Shown one piece after another: positions 24,967 through 33,692 of a DNA stretch of 43,920 bases. The position numbers and the translations under genes are program-made. This DNA comes from a virus. The notes beneath the pieces were generated by a model. It was not told the origin of the DNA and ran no database searches. It saw nothing but the letters and a program-made list of their open reading frames with translations. Each line of letters begins with the position of its first letter. Positions within the stretch are counted from its first letter, which is position 1. The stretch lies in IMG/VR virus record IMGVR_UViG_3300031669_000066, positions 1 to 43,920 of that record; one strand, 5' to 3'.

Positions 24967-27125
24967 ACCCTCGGGTTCTCTCTGCTATTGCAAATAGCCG
25001 ACACAGACCAGAGTTGATCAGCTCCCAAGGTCTTGTCGCAAATAATGCATTCTCCAGTATGGGACGACGTGGGTACTTTCCTAGTCCTAGTGCAACTTCA
25101 GAATCTCAATTCTTGCTCATAGCAGGTGTGGCAAGAGCTGCAATTTACACTGGCGACCCTCAATGGAAGCCTCTACTCAGTGCCTTGTTGAGTAATATAA
25201 TTTCAACTTACTATCGCGGTGTAGCGTCTTCTTCGATAAACTGGATGCCGCATTGGCTTGCCTGTGCTAAACGGGCTTTCCAAGCTGAGGTTATGTACTA
25301 TTCTTCATCCTTCACGTTTGTAAATGGGGTCGCCACAATTCCTCCTTTGGCACCTTCATTTGGTAATTTGGTAAGGCAGGTTTTTCACGCACGCTCACTT
25401 GATAGTTTGTACCTGTGGCAAAACCCATATTCAACACTTACGACTGGGATTCTCTATCCCGTTGCTTCTGTAACTACGGATCAGATAACTGGAACTGTAG
25501 TAACTCTTACAGATACAACGGTTAATGCAGACTGCTATATCATGTATTCAACGGCTTCTGGAGACCCTATAATAAAGGGACAGCCATTTGAGGCTTGGCC
25601 GGGCTGGCGGGCACTTGACCCCACAGAGGTAAGTGTGGCAGTTGATGCTGTCGCGTGGGCAGTAGACGCTTATCAACAGTCAGCGTTAGCTCTTGCAGAT
25701 CAAACCTATACTACCTGGGCAGAAAATACTCTTGCAGGTTTGCCTGCTCTTTATACTGTAAATGATGGTAGATCCTGGTTTTCTTCCGGAATAGTCCCTC
25801 CAATGGGACTAATCGGTGCTTATGTTTACAATAACATTGTCCCAGATCCAACACTTACCCTTGATCCGACAACTGGTGATATTGTATGGGACGTTTTATA
25901 CTCTGCACTTCCAGCATCAGGGACACCGGAAGCACAGTATGGACGTGGTGGCTTAGGAGATGCGTGGCAAGCGGCGGATGAAATTGCACTGGAAGTGTCG
26001 GTTGATACTACTTACTTTGCATCAGGGACTGGCTTAAGTATAACACTTACCGTTTTTATTCAGAATAATGCAACGTATTCTGGAACCGCTAGGTATGCTT
26101 ACTACTTGAATCTTACTGCAAATGGGCAAGTGAGTTTGGTGTTGTCAAGAAGTTCTTTTGTGAACAGTCTAACAGCGACTCCGGCAGTTGGAGATCCGAT
26201 TGTTGTGGTGGGGTTGGACTTCCAGCCGCCAGCTGGCGGTCTCGGATATGATTTTAAATTTACTCTGTCGGAGCTTCGGCCGATTCCACTGACTGTTATG
26301 CCTTATATGCCTGGAGCAGCCCCCTTTACTGGGAATTACCTTGGTACACCACAAAGTCTTATTGGCTGGCGTGGGCCTGTCTATAGTGGCTATCAGAATC
26401 CGTGGGTGTGGAGCCAAGTTAGTGGAGCTACAGTTGAAATTGCAAATCAACTTTCATATCTGCAAGCTGCTCAAGCTGCGTATACGGCACAGGTTCCAGG
26501 TATATCTGGCCCATTTGCCCCGGTATATGTCTTGCCGAGATGGGATTCCAGTATTTATGGGTCGCCTAATACCTTCACTTGGGGCGGGCCAGACCCGAAT
26601 ACTGGCTGGGGAGGGTATCAAATTCGACCGGCCGAGGCAACTGCAAGGTACTGGTATGGGAATCCTGGGGACACAACTGCACAAGCTATTGTTGTCTCAT
26701 TCCTTACTTGGGTTGCGGGTGCATGGGTAAGCAGTACAAGCTATCCCCCAACAGACTTCCTTTCTACAGGGGCACCGGAAAGTAATTACGATGATCCACA
26801 TTTTGTGGCTCTAGCACTGCGCATGGCAATTTATGCGGACCTTGCCGGAGCTTCGCAGACCCTTACGCGGCCCTTTATTTTGCAGTGTTTGCAGTATTTG
26901 CAACGACTTTATGTAACAACTGGTAGGATGGCTGGAACATGGTCAAGTGGGGTTAGCGGTGGCTGGTTTGGTTTCTGGAATGGTGAAATTCTGGCCTCAT
27001 TGATACTGGCTTTGGATACAGGAAATGCTATTCTTTCTGCGATTGGATTCTCTGCTGCGACCATTGATAGTTGGGTATCTGGGAATCTTGCATACCTTGT
27101 GGGAAGAAATGGGATTACATCTTAG
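24963..27125 (+). CDS. Tail fibre / tailspike receptor-binding protein (720 aa)
   Basis: Size, position, visibly more AT-rich than the genome; helix-rich Trp/Tyr/Ala repeats at both ends suggest an alpha/alpha-toroid enzyme-like domain (inference). Confidence 0.55.
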   Translation: MNPRVLSAIANSRHRPELISSQGLVANNAFSSMGRRGYFPSPSATSESQFLLIAGVARAAIYTGDPQWKPLLSALLSNIISTYYRGVASSSINWMPHWLACAKRAFQAEVMYYSSSFTFVNGVATIPPLAPSFGNLVRQVFHARSLDSLYLWQNPYSTLTTGILYPVASVTTDQITGTVVTLTDTTVNADCYIMYSTASGDPIIKGQPFEAWPGWRALDPTEVSVAVDAVAWAVDAYQQSALALADQTYTTWAENTLAGLPALYTVNDGRSWFSSGIVPPMGLIGAYVYNNIVPDPTLTLDPTTGDIVWDVLYSALPASGTPEAQYGRGGLGDAWQAADEIALEVSVDTTYFASGTGLSITLTVFIQNNATYSGTARYAYYLNLTANGQVSLVLSRSSFVNSLTATPAVGDPIVVVGLDFQPPAGGLGYDFKFTLSELRPIPLTVMPYMPGAAPFTGNYLGTPQSLIGWRGPVYSGYQNPWVWSQVSGATVEIANQLSYLQAAQAAYTAQVPGISGPFAPVYVLPRWDSSIYGSPNTFTWGGPDPNTGWGGYQIRPAEATARYWYGNPGDTTAQAIVVSFLTWVAGAWVSSTSYPPTDFLSTGAPESNYDDPHFVALALRMAIYADLAGASQTLTRPFILQCLQYLQRLYVTTGRMAGTWSSGVSGGWFGFWNGEILASLILALDTGNAILSAIGFSAATIDSWVSGNLAYLVGRNGITS

Positions 27126-27226
27126 GGGTCGATACCGAGTGCTTGATGTGGTGTTGCCGGGTGCCTTTTTTTATCTGGTAGCTGCATCAACCCACTATTT
27201 TTAACAGAAGAAGTTAGGAGACTTTA

Positions 27227-27514
27227 ATGGAATTAGAGCCACCAAAAATTGACTGGGGATTTTTCTCCGTAGCAGGTCTTTTGGGCTCTCTCATAGGTTT
27301 AGGGCAGTTGCTGAATGCACAGGAAGTCCTTACTTGGAGAGTGGTAATAGGAAGGGCATTAGTATCAGCGGGCCTAGCTGCAATGTCCCCTATAATTTTA
27401 ATTTGGTTCCCTCATCTACCTGTAACTGTTGAGTTTGCGGTTGCGGCAATGTTAGCGAGTCTGGGTACTTCAGGTTTGCAGTTACTCGTACATAAAGCTC
27501 TTGGGAGGGCTTGA
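27227..27514 (+). CDS. Holin candidate (95 aa, three hydrophobic helices)
   Basis: Hydrophobic segments GFFSVAGLLGSLIGLGQLL, ALVSAGLAAMSPIILIWF, FAVAAMLASLGTSGLQLLV; ATGA overlap with the endolysin. Confidence 0.55.
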   Translation: MELEPPKIDWGFFSVAGLLGSLIGLGQLLNAQEVLTWRVVIGRALVSAGLAAMSPIILIWFPHLPVTVEFAVAAMLASLGTSGLQLLVHKALGRA

Positions 27515-28011
27515 TAATGGCTACAGTAACTTTTCAAATTGCTTTTGATCGTCTCATTGGGAATGAAGGTGGGTATGTGAATAATCCAGCTGATCCAGGT
27601 GGGGAGACTAACTGGGGGATTAGCAAGCGCAGCTATCCAGATCTGGATATCAAGTCCCTTACACGGGATGGCGCTAAGGTGATTTACCTGAGAGACTTCT
27701 GGAATGCCGGGAAGATGGATCAGTTTGATGGGGTGATTGCATTCCAGACCTTTGATATTGCAGTTAATTCCGGGATTCAGACTGCAATACGGATGTTGCA
27801 ACGGGCAGCAGGGGTTGCAGATGATGGGAGCGTTGGGCCGATTACTCTTGCTGCGGTACAAGCCGCAGGGGGGCCACAGATGGTTATGAGGCTGATTGCG
27901 GAGAGACTGGACTTCTGGAGAAAGCTCTCTACTTGGGGGACTTTTGGGGCTGGTTGGGCAGGGAGAGCTGCTGCGGATCTGCGCTATGGTGCAGGGGATT
28001 TGGGTTCTTAA
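27511..28011 (+). CDS. Endolysin, GH108 N-acetylmuramidase with PG_binding_3-type C-terminal domain
   Basis: FDRLIGNEGGYVNNPADPGGETNWGIS (GH108 signature); C-terminal RMLQRAAGVADDGSVGPITLAAV peptidoglycan-binding motif. Confidence 0.85.
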   Translation: MIMATVTFQIAFDRLIGNEGGYVNNPADPGGETNWGISKRSYPDLDIKSLTRDGAKVIYLRDFWNAGKMDQFDGVIAFQTFDIAVNSGIQTAIRMLQRAAGVADDGSVGPITLAAVQAAGGPQMVMRLIAERLDFWRKLSTWGTFGAGWAGRAAADLRYGAGDLGS

Positions 28012-28046
28012 GGTAAGGCAAAGTAAGGTAAGGTAGGGGGAACAGT

Positions 28047-28247
28047 ATGGGACATATTATTTTAGCGGCACTTGCGGCCTTGGCCATTGGCTTTGTAGCT
28101 GGACTTATTGTGGGCATACTTGAGGCGGTTAAAATTCGAGAGCTTGCTGTGAAAGCCCAGGACGAGGCGCTTGTCTTGCGGAACCGGCTGCAGGAAGCAG
28201 AAACCCGTGTGCGCGCGTTGAAGCAAGAGCTTGCGAAGAAGCTGTAA
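28047..28247 (+). CDS. Membrane-anchored coiled-coil protein (i-spanin-like, 66 aa)
   Basis: N-terminal TM ILAALAALAIGFVAGLIVGIL followed by a charged helix; adjacent to the endolysin. Confidence 0.4.
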   Translation: MGHIILAALAALAIGFVAGLIVGILEAVKIRELAVKAQDEALVLRNRLQEAETRVRALKQELAKKL

Positions 28248-28264
28248 CAAGGGGGAAAGGGAAG

Positions 28265-29749
28265 ATGAAATACTCTCTGACGCCGGATATTGAGACTAGG
28301 GATGGCAGCCTGGCCAAAGACGCTTTGACTGTAAATGTCATCGGAGGTCAGGTACGTCCGGGGATTATACTTCAGACTCTGCCAGCGGGAGCTACTGTTC
28401 CGCCAGTCGGTTATGGGAGAGGGCTGGTTTACAACCAGCAATTGGCCTTTGCCTATGTAGTTGGTGCTGTGATGTATTTTTATACTTCAGCAAGAGCAGC
28501 TGTCTCCTTCCCAATCGACGGTACACAGAATCCTGTTAGCCTTCTTTCTGTCCTGAGTCCTATATGGGCATCTCCAGAGGCTTATGTACTCTTGACTTCG
28601 CCAGGAACAACCGGATTTTATTACTATACATACTCGACTGGGGTTGTGACAGCAGTTTCGGCGCTTTCAGGGATTTACTTCGTCTCGGGAATTGTGGCTC
28701 TGGATGATACATATTATGTACTGACTAGGGATGGCGCGATTCTCGGGAGTGCCTTGGGGGATTTCACAACTTGGAATGCACTGAACAGTTTGATGGTAGA
28801 TCTTTCTGTTGGGGATGATTTTCCTGTTGCTCTTAGACGGCATTTGAATTATATTGTAGCCTTTACACGGAATACGCTGCAATTCTTTTATGACAATGGC
28901 AATCCAGCCCCCGGTTCCCCTCTTTCAGCCGCAGCAACCCTGCTCACTCCTATTGGGTGCCTAACTCCAGATAGTATAATCTTAGCTGCTGGTGGGTATT
29001 TCTTCCTTGGAAGTGCCTTGGAAGGGTCTCCAGCTGTCTACTACTTAACCGGGAATCAAGTAGTTAAGGTTTCTACTCCGGCTGTTGAAAGAGTTCTGAT
29101 TCAGGTTCAGTCCACGCACCCCTTTACCACGGTTAATTATATTCCAAAAGCTGGGGCAGTGTATTCGTCTTTGGCCGTCTTCAACGGGAAACCTGTATAT
29201 ATTCTGACCTTTCCTTATGCGAATATTACACTGTATTATAATTTTGAAGATAAGCTTTGGGGAACTTTAACATCTTCGGTATCTGTCGGCACTGATGCAA
29301 ATGGCGTTCCTATCTTTACTGAGGGCTATTTGAAATTGGCCTTTGCAGTGGCGCCCCCCAATGACTTTGGCCCCATGTACCAAGATATGACAACGGGGAG
29401 GTTAGTTAAATTTGATACACTTAATAATTCTCAAGTAGACCTTGGAGAGCCTATCGTTGCTAGAGTACAGACGCAGCCAGTCTTCGATGACAACACCAAT
29501 AGTCTGCGCAGAATAGCCGCAACCGAGATCATCGGGGATAAAATTGCCGGTACTGCTTATCTGAGCTACTCCGATGACGATTATGCAACTTGGTCAACTT
29601 GGCAACCTGTCTCACTTAGTGCTCGGCGCAGTCGCGTACTCCGACAAGGTGCTACGCATCGTCGGAGTTATAGACTGCAATACTCGGAGGCTCTCCCAAT
29701 GCGGTTTAAAGAATTACAACTGGATGTTCCAGTAAGGCCAGTGGAATAG
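28265..29749 (+). CDS. Tail hub / packaged-DNA stabilisation protein, P22 gp10-like
   Basis: By-eye similarity to P22 gp10 in the central region (YIVAFTRNTLQFFYDNGNP / FIVCFGSSTIEYFSLTGAT; SPAVYYLTGNQ / APSVYIIGSGQ) and at the C-terminus. Confidence 0.55.
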   Translation: MKYSLTPDIETRDGSLAKDALTVNVIGGQVRPGIILQTLPAGATVPPVGYGRGLVYNQQLAFAYVVGAVMYFYTSARAAVSFPIDGTQNPVSLLSVLSPIWASPEAYVLLTSPGTTGFYYYTYSTGVVTAVSALSGIYFVSGIVALDDTYYVLTRDGAILGSALGDFTTWNALNSLMVDLSVGDDFPVALRRHLNYIVAFTRNTLQFFYDNGNPAPGSPLSAAATLLTPIGCLTPDSIILAAGGYFFLGSALEGSPAVYYLTGNQVVKVSTPAVERVLIQVQSTHPFTTVNYIPKAGAVYSSLAVFNGKPVYILTFPYANITLYYNFEDKLWGTLTSSVSVGTDANGVPIFTEGYLKLAFAVAPPNDFGPMYQDMTTGRLVKFDTLNNSQVDLGEPIVARVQTQPVFDDNTNSLRRIAATEIIGDKIAGTAYLSYSDDDYATWSTWQPVSLSARRSRVLRQGATHRRSYRLQYSEALPMRFKELQLDVPVRPVE

Positions 29750-29750
29750 G

Positions 29751-29984
29751 ATGAAAGAACTTGAGATTCCTCCGAGGCAGGAGGGAACAACCGGCCCTCT
29801 GCTTCAACGGTGGCTGTTATTGTTGCATCCTCTCGTGTTGCTGCTGCAACGCGGTCAGGGAGTACCGCAGTATACAACAGCGACAGCTCCCCCCTGGACT
29901 CCAGGTGCAATGTATTTTGATACCACACTGAATAAGTTACGAATAGGCGGAGCAGCAGGTTGGGAAACGGTTACGTCGGCTTAA
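29751..29984 (+). CDS. Small tail-associated protein (77 aa)
   Basis: C-terminus GAMYFDTTLNKLRIGGAAGWETV resembles a motif frequent in phage fibre proteins; the N-terminal half is odd, so the start is uncertain. Confidence 0.4.
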   Translation: MKELEIPPRQEGTTGPLLQRWLLLLHPLVLLLQRGQGVPQYTTATAPPWTPGAMYFDTTLNKLRIGGAAGWETVTSA

Positions 29985-30004
29985 ACTGAGGGGAGGAGAA
30001 AGAT

Positions 30005-30511
30005 ATGAGTATTGCAAGTATGATCGGGGACGTTGCCCCTGCACTGGCTACGGCACTCGGAGGCCCATTAGCCGGAGCAGCGGTTGCTTTTCTTTCAAAG
30101 GAACTGGGGTTGTCGGAAAGTACCACGAATGCAGTTGCTAATGCAGTTGCTGGTATGACACCTGCAGATATGGTGAAGATGAAGGAGCTGGATAATCAGT
30201 TCAAAATTCAAATGGCACAGCAGGGGATTTCACTGCAACTGGCACAGATTGCAACGAATACCGCAGAGGCCAAGAGTACGAACTGGTGGATTGCGGGTTG
30301 GAGGCCTTTTATGGGCTGGGTTGGGGCGATGGGATTGCTGTACGCTTCCTTTTTGCTTCCATTGATGCAGTTTGTGGCTACAATGAACGGATACCATGGA
30401 GGATTTCCAGTGCTGGATACAACCACCACTATGCAGGTACTGTTTGGACTGCTTGGTATTGGGGGTCTGCGGACGGTGGAGAAGGTTAAAGGTGTAGAGG
30501 GGAATCGGTAA
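30005..30511 (+). CDS. 3TM holin (RcGTA-type holin family)
   Basis: AEAKSTNWWIAGWRPFMGWVGAMGLLYASFLLPLMQFV matches the family signature AEA...GWRP..GW as I recall it; three hydrophobic segments. Confidence 0.6.
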   Translation: MSIASMIGDVAPALATALGGPLAGAAVAFLSKELGLSESTTNAVANAVAGMTPADMVKMKELDNQFKIQMAQQGISLQLAQIATNTAEAKSTNWWIAGWRPFMGWVGAMGLLYASFLLPLMQFVATMNGYHGGFPVLDTTTTMQVLFGLLGIGGLRTVEKVKGVEGNR

Positions 30512-30645
30512 TGCCACTGAAGAAAGGTACAAGTAAGAAGACCGTTTCGAGTAACATCAAGACGGAAATGAAGGCGGGCAAGCCACAAAAACAAGCAGTT
30601 GCCATTGCACTGAGCATAAAGAGAAAGTCTCAGAGGAAGAAGTAG
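30511..30645 (+). CDS. Small basic conserved protein (44 aa, MPLKKGTSKKTVSSNIKTEMKAGKPQKQAVAIALSIKRKSQRKK)
   Basis: Manual translation; TAATG overlap with the holin gene. The KQAvAIAL motif recalls a widespread small-protein family; below the ORF-track cut-off. Confidence 0.5.
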   Translation: MPLKKGTSKKTVSSNIKTEMKAGKPQKQAVAIALSIKRKSQRKK

Positions 30646-30658
30646 ACAGGAAGTGGAA

Positions 30659-30710
30659 CCGGGGTTATTTGCTGGTATTACTCTAGAGTAATGAGGGCAA
30701 ATAACCCCGG
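30659..30710. repeat. Palindrome family copy 9 (core TTACTCTAGAGTAA 30678..30691), at the convergence of the two arms
   Basis: ccggggttatttgc...gcaaataaccccgg, outer 14 bp perfectly complementary; followed by tttatttt. Confidence 0.95.
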
Positions 30711-30718
30711 TTTATTTT
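30659..30718 (+). terminator. Probable terminator of the plus arm (copy 9 hairpin plus TTTATTTT)
   Basis: Long GC-closed stem followed by a T-rich run at 30711..30718; the last plus-strand gene ends at 30645. Confidence 0.55.
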
Positions 30719-30824
30719 GCGCGTATTGTGCGCGAGTACCGGGTAATATGATCGGATAGGGTAGGGATTAGAATCTCACACGCGCAACCCTACCCCGTGC
30801 CGTTTCGATTCCCTCCCCTCTCAA

Positions 30825-31316
30825 TCACTCCAATTTGACCGATAGGGCGAAATTAAACACCACGCCATGCTTTGCAGATCCGCCCCACGTTCGCCCGTTA
30901 AACAACGGTATAGCGCGAACCAATAGCATGGAATTAGGACTGAAGGCATACGAGGCAACCACCCCAGCAAGAGGGGTAATTGCCCCCCCAGCTAGGTAGC
31001 GCTGGTATCCAGTAACAATCCCTACTCCGAGACCTGCTTGGAATTTCCCGAAGGAAACCGGCATGAAGTCGTACTCTGCAAATACAGATGGATGACTGTA
31101 GCTATTGCGATAGGCTCCGAGGCTCAGATAATTCTTCTGGCGTAGTCGAACTCGAACTCCGAGGCCTTCGTTGGAGTTGTTGTAAATTCGACCTTGATTA
31201 TCGGCTCTCAGCGTATGGTAACTAGGCCCCATTAAGAGCAGAGAGTAGTCTGCTGCACGAGTCTGCGCCGGCAAGAGTAAGGTTGCTGCAAAGGCTGCTG
31301 TTGCTAACTTTTTCAT
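30825..31316 (-). CDS. Signal-peptide protein, predicted small outer-membrane beta-barrel (163 aa)
   Basis: MKKLATAAFAATLLLPAQTRA|AD signal peptide; alternating hydrophobic beta-strand pattern with Gly/Tyr-rich turns; ATGA overlap with the DNA polymerase stop. Confidence 0.6.
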   Translation of the reverse strand: MKKLATAAFAATLLLPAQTRAADYSLLLMGPSYHTLRADNQGRIYNNSNEGLGVRVRLRQKNYLSLGAYRNSYSHPSVFAEYDFMPVSFGKFQAGLGVGIVTGYQRYLAGGAITPLAGVVASYAFSPNSMLLVRAIPLFNGRTWGGSAKHGVVFNFALSVKLE

Positions 31317-33691
31317 TCACATTCTCCCCAACTTTTTGTACTGCTGACAACACCGACAGGAATGATAAGAGGTTCCGGGTAAGGGATTGGAACCTGCGAT
31401 TCTTCTACGATCCTCCGCAAAGCCCAATCTCCGTGTACAGAGTTGAACTGGCCTACGAGGGAATCATGTACCTGAATGAGCACTTCGACCTCTGGCAGGT
31501 TCGCATTGATATTACTCCATGCACGGTTGATTAAGCAGGCTACTGTGCTCTGGGGTATCCATGCTACTGCTTGGTTGAAGACCGTCCCTTCGATCTTGTC
31601 CATGATATTGATCCGGTAGCCAAAGGCATTTTGGACGTAGCGGCGACCAGTAACCTGCTTCTTGATATCCTCTTGCCACTTCTCGATTTCTGGGGCAAGC
31701 CCGAAGTACCATTTCTGGATACGGGCAGTTTCGTGCACGTTCAGGCCGATGCGTGGGGCGATGCCTTCTGCTGTTCCAAGGTAGTTCGTGCCGTGGCAAA
31801 GGGACTTGAACATTGCATACTCTCTGGGATGGCTGCTCTTGGTCATGCTCTGGTCATGGTAATACTCTCGCATAACTTCCACATACGGTTTGCGGCCATT
31901 GCGGAAGTGATCCTTCATCCATTCGCAGTCACTCTCCCAAGTTACAATTCTGAGGTCGGCACTGTCGAGGTCGATGTCAAACATTGTTTGACCTGGGTCT
32001 GGGATGAAGAGCTTTCGTACATTGGGCAGGTTAAGGGCTTCGTCTTCAGTGTCTCCACCTTTAGGTATGTTCTGCATATTGAGACCAGTGCCGAATGCAT
32101 TCTTGCTTGAGCTGAATCGGTAGGTTTCCGTACCGCAGGTATTGAAGTTTGTCCGTATTCTTCCGTCGGTATCGAGTGCAGCTTGAACGAAGGTACTGTG
32201 AAATACTCCGATGCTTCGGAGTTCAGAGATTTTTCTGGTAAGGGGACGTAGTAAAGGCTCTCGGTCAGCAATTTTATGTAAGGCTTCATCATTAGTCGTG
32301 AGAGAAAGTCCCCCGTTTGCATTGCGTTGCCTAATCTCCTTTTGCCCAAGTTCCACATAGAATAACTCCTGCATTTGCTTTGGTGATTTGATATTCACGC
32401 TTCTGCCAATAACTTCCAGCATCCAGGCTTCTCGTTCTGCTGCGGCAGCTTGTAGCTCTTGTGAGAACTCCCATCGCGCAGCCATATCCATACGCACGCC
32501 CCGGATCATTGCTTTGAGGGCAAGTTCGTTGGCGAGATGTTGCTGGAACTTGTATACCTCGGTCATATTGAGGGCTGGGATTACATTATCGAGTACGTCA
32601 GAGATTGCTAAGGTACGTAAGGAATCCGTGGCATTGTAAATCCAGAACTTCGTTTCCCCTTCCCCTTTCGGCCCTTCGTTCCAATTTGTGCGGTCATCCT
32701 TCCAGTGGAGATGGTCTTCAAGGTAGAGTGAACTGAGGAAAGAGAGATTCTTTTCCATATTGCTGAAACAGCTGTGATGCTTAACCATCGTATCTTCAAC
32801 ATTTGGGCAGAGAAAGTGCCAGAAGCGGTAGATATACTGTGCATCATAGTTCCAGTTCTGTCCAATGATGACTGAATTATGAAAAAGTCGATACATCTGA
32901 TAGACAAGATGTGCTTCTTCTTCCGCTGTCCAATAACCCTCAGGGTCGTGTTGGCACATCAATGGAATGGTTATTGCTTCAGTCTTTGACCAAGCGATGG
33001 CAATAGAAGCGATATGCCCTGCGCGGGTTTCAATATCTACTCCAAGTTTTGGCTTGTACTTTGCACCGATCAACCCTATTAGGGTATTATTAGCTGCCTC
33101 GAAACTTGGGTTTGGGTTTATTTGATAGGCAGTTCTTCGAATCTCTGGGAATTCACTTTGCCTTACAGCTCGTTTCAAGTCATGCACAATTAGAGTTCTG
33201 CGGCTCCATTGGGTGTTGAGGATTGCCGGATTGAGGGTAGGGATAATCTTTAGACCTGGGATAAGGGTACTTTCCATAATGGAGCTGCGCCATGCTTGCA
33301 CTCCCCATTCTCCGGTAAGAGCAAACAGTGCCAAATTCCCGATGGCAATTACGACATTCGGCTTGACTGCGAGAAGTTCTGCTTTGAGTCGTTCGGCACC
33401 AGTGATGACTTCTGGTCGTACCATCTGACCTTGCCAATAGACATGTTGTGGGGTTATATCTTTTTTCTTTAGTGCAATGAGACCATCGGCTCGGCCTCTG
33501 GGGGCACGATCATCATGTACCATTGTAAGGAAGCAAGCTTCACGAGAAGTTCCAGCTTCTTGAAGCATCTTGGAGAGTTCCATGCCCGGAGTGCCGCAGA
33601 ATGGTACACCTTTGTGGATATCCTGCTCATGCGGGAATTCTCCGACGATGGCGATCTTGGCATCAACGGGGCCGGTTGAGATAACTGGCAT
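31313..33691 (-). CDS. Family A DNA polymerase with N-terminal family-4 UDG-like domain and 3'-5' exonuclease domain
   Basis: UDG-like IAIVGEFPHEQDIHKGVPFCGTPG; exo I LGVDIETR. Pol motif A DIDLDSADLRIV, motif B KSLCHGTNYLG, motif C IQVHDSLV. Confidence 0.85.
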   Translation of the reverse strand: MPVISTGPVDAKIAIVGEFPHEQDIHKGVPFCGTPGMELSKMLQEAGTSREACFLTMVHDDRAPRGRADGLIALKKKDITPQHVYWQGQMVRPEVITGAERLKAELLAVKPNVVIAIGNLALFALTGEWGVQAWRSSIMESTLIPGLKIIPTLNPAILNTQWSRRTLIVHDLKRAVRQSEFPEIRRTAYQINPNPSFEAANNTLIGLIGAKYKPKLGVDIETRAGHIASIAIAWSKTEAITIPLMCQHDPEGYWTAEEEAHLVYQMYRLFHNSVIIGQNWNYDAQYIYRFWHFLCPNVEDTMVKHHSCFSNMEKNLSFLSSLYLEDHLHWKDDRTNWNEGPKGEGETKFWIYNATDSLRTLAISDVLDNVIPALNMTEVYKFQQHLANELALKAMIRGVRMDMAARWEFSQELQAAAAEREAWMLEVIGRSVNIKSPKQMQELFYVELGQKEIRQRNANGGLSLTTNDEALHKIADREPLLRPLTRKISELRSIGVFHSTFVQAALDTDGRIRTNFNTCGTETYRFSSSKNAFGTGLNMQNIPKGGDTEDEALNLPNVRKLFIPDPGQTMFDIDLDSADLRIVTWESDCEWMKDHFRNGRKPYVEVMREYYHDQSMTKSSHPREYAMFKSLCHGTNYLGTAEGIAPRIGLNVHETARIQKWYFGLAPEIEKWQEDIKKQVTGRRYVQNAFGYRINIMDKIEGTVFNQAVAWIPQSTVACLINRAWSNINANLPEVEVLIQVHDSLVGQFNSVHGDWALRRIVEESQVPIPYPEPLIIPVGVVSSTKSWGECE

Positions 33692-33692
33692 A

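Noticed and set aside
27126-27180. Intrinsic terminator after the tail-fibre gene (T-run at 27166..27172)
   Set aside because: I could not draw a convincing GC-rich stem immediately upstream of the T-run, only weak G-U-containing pairings.
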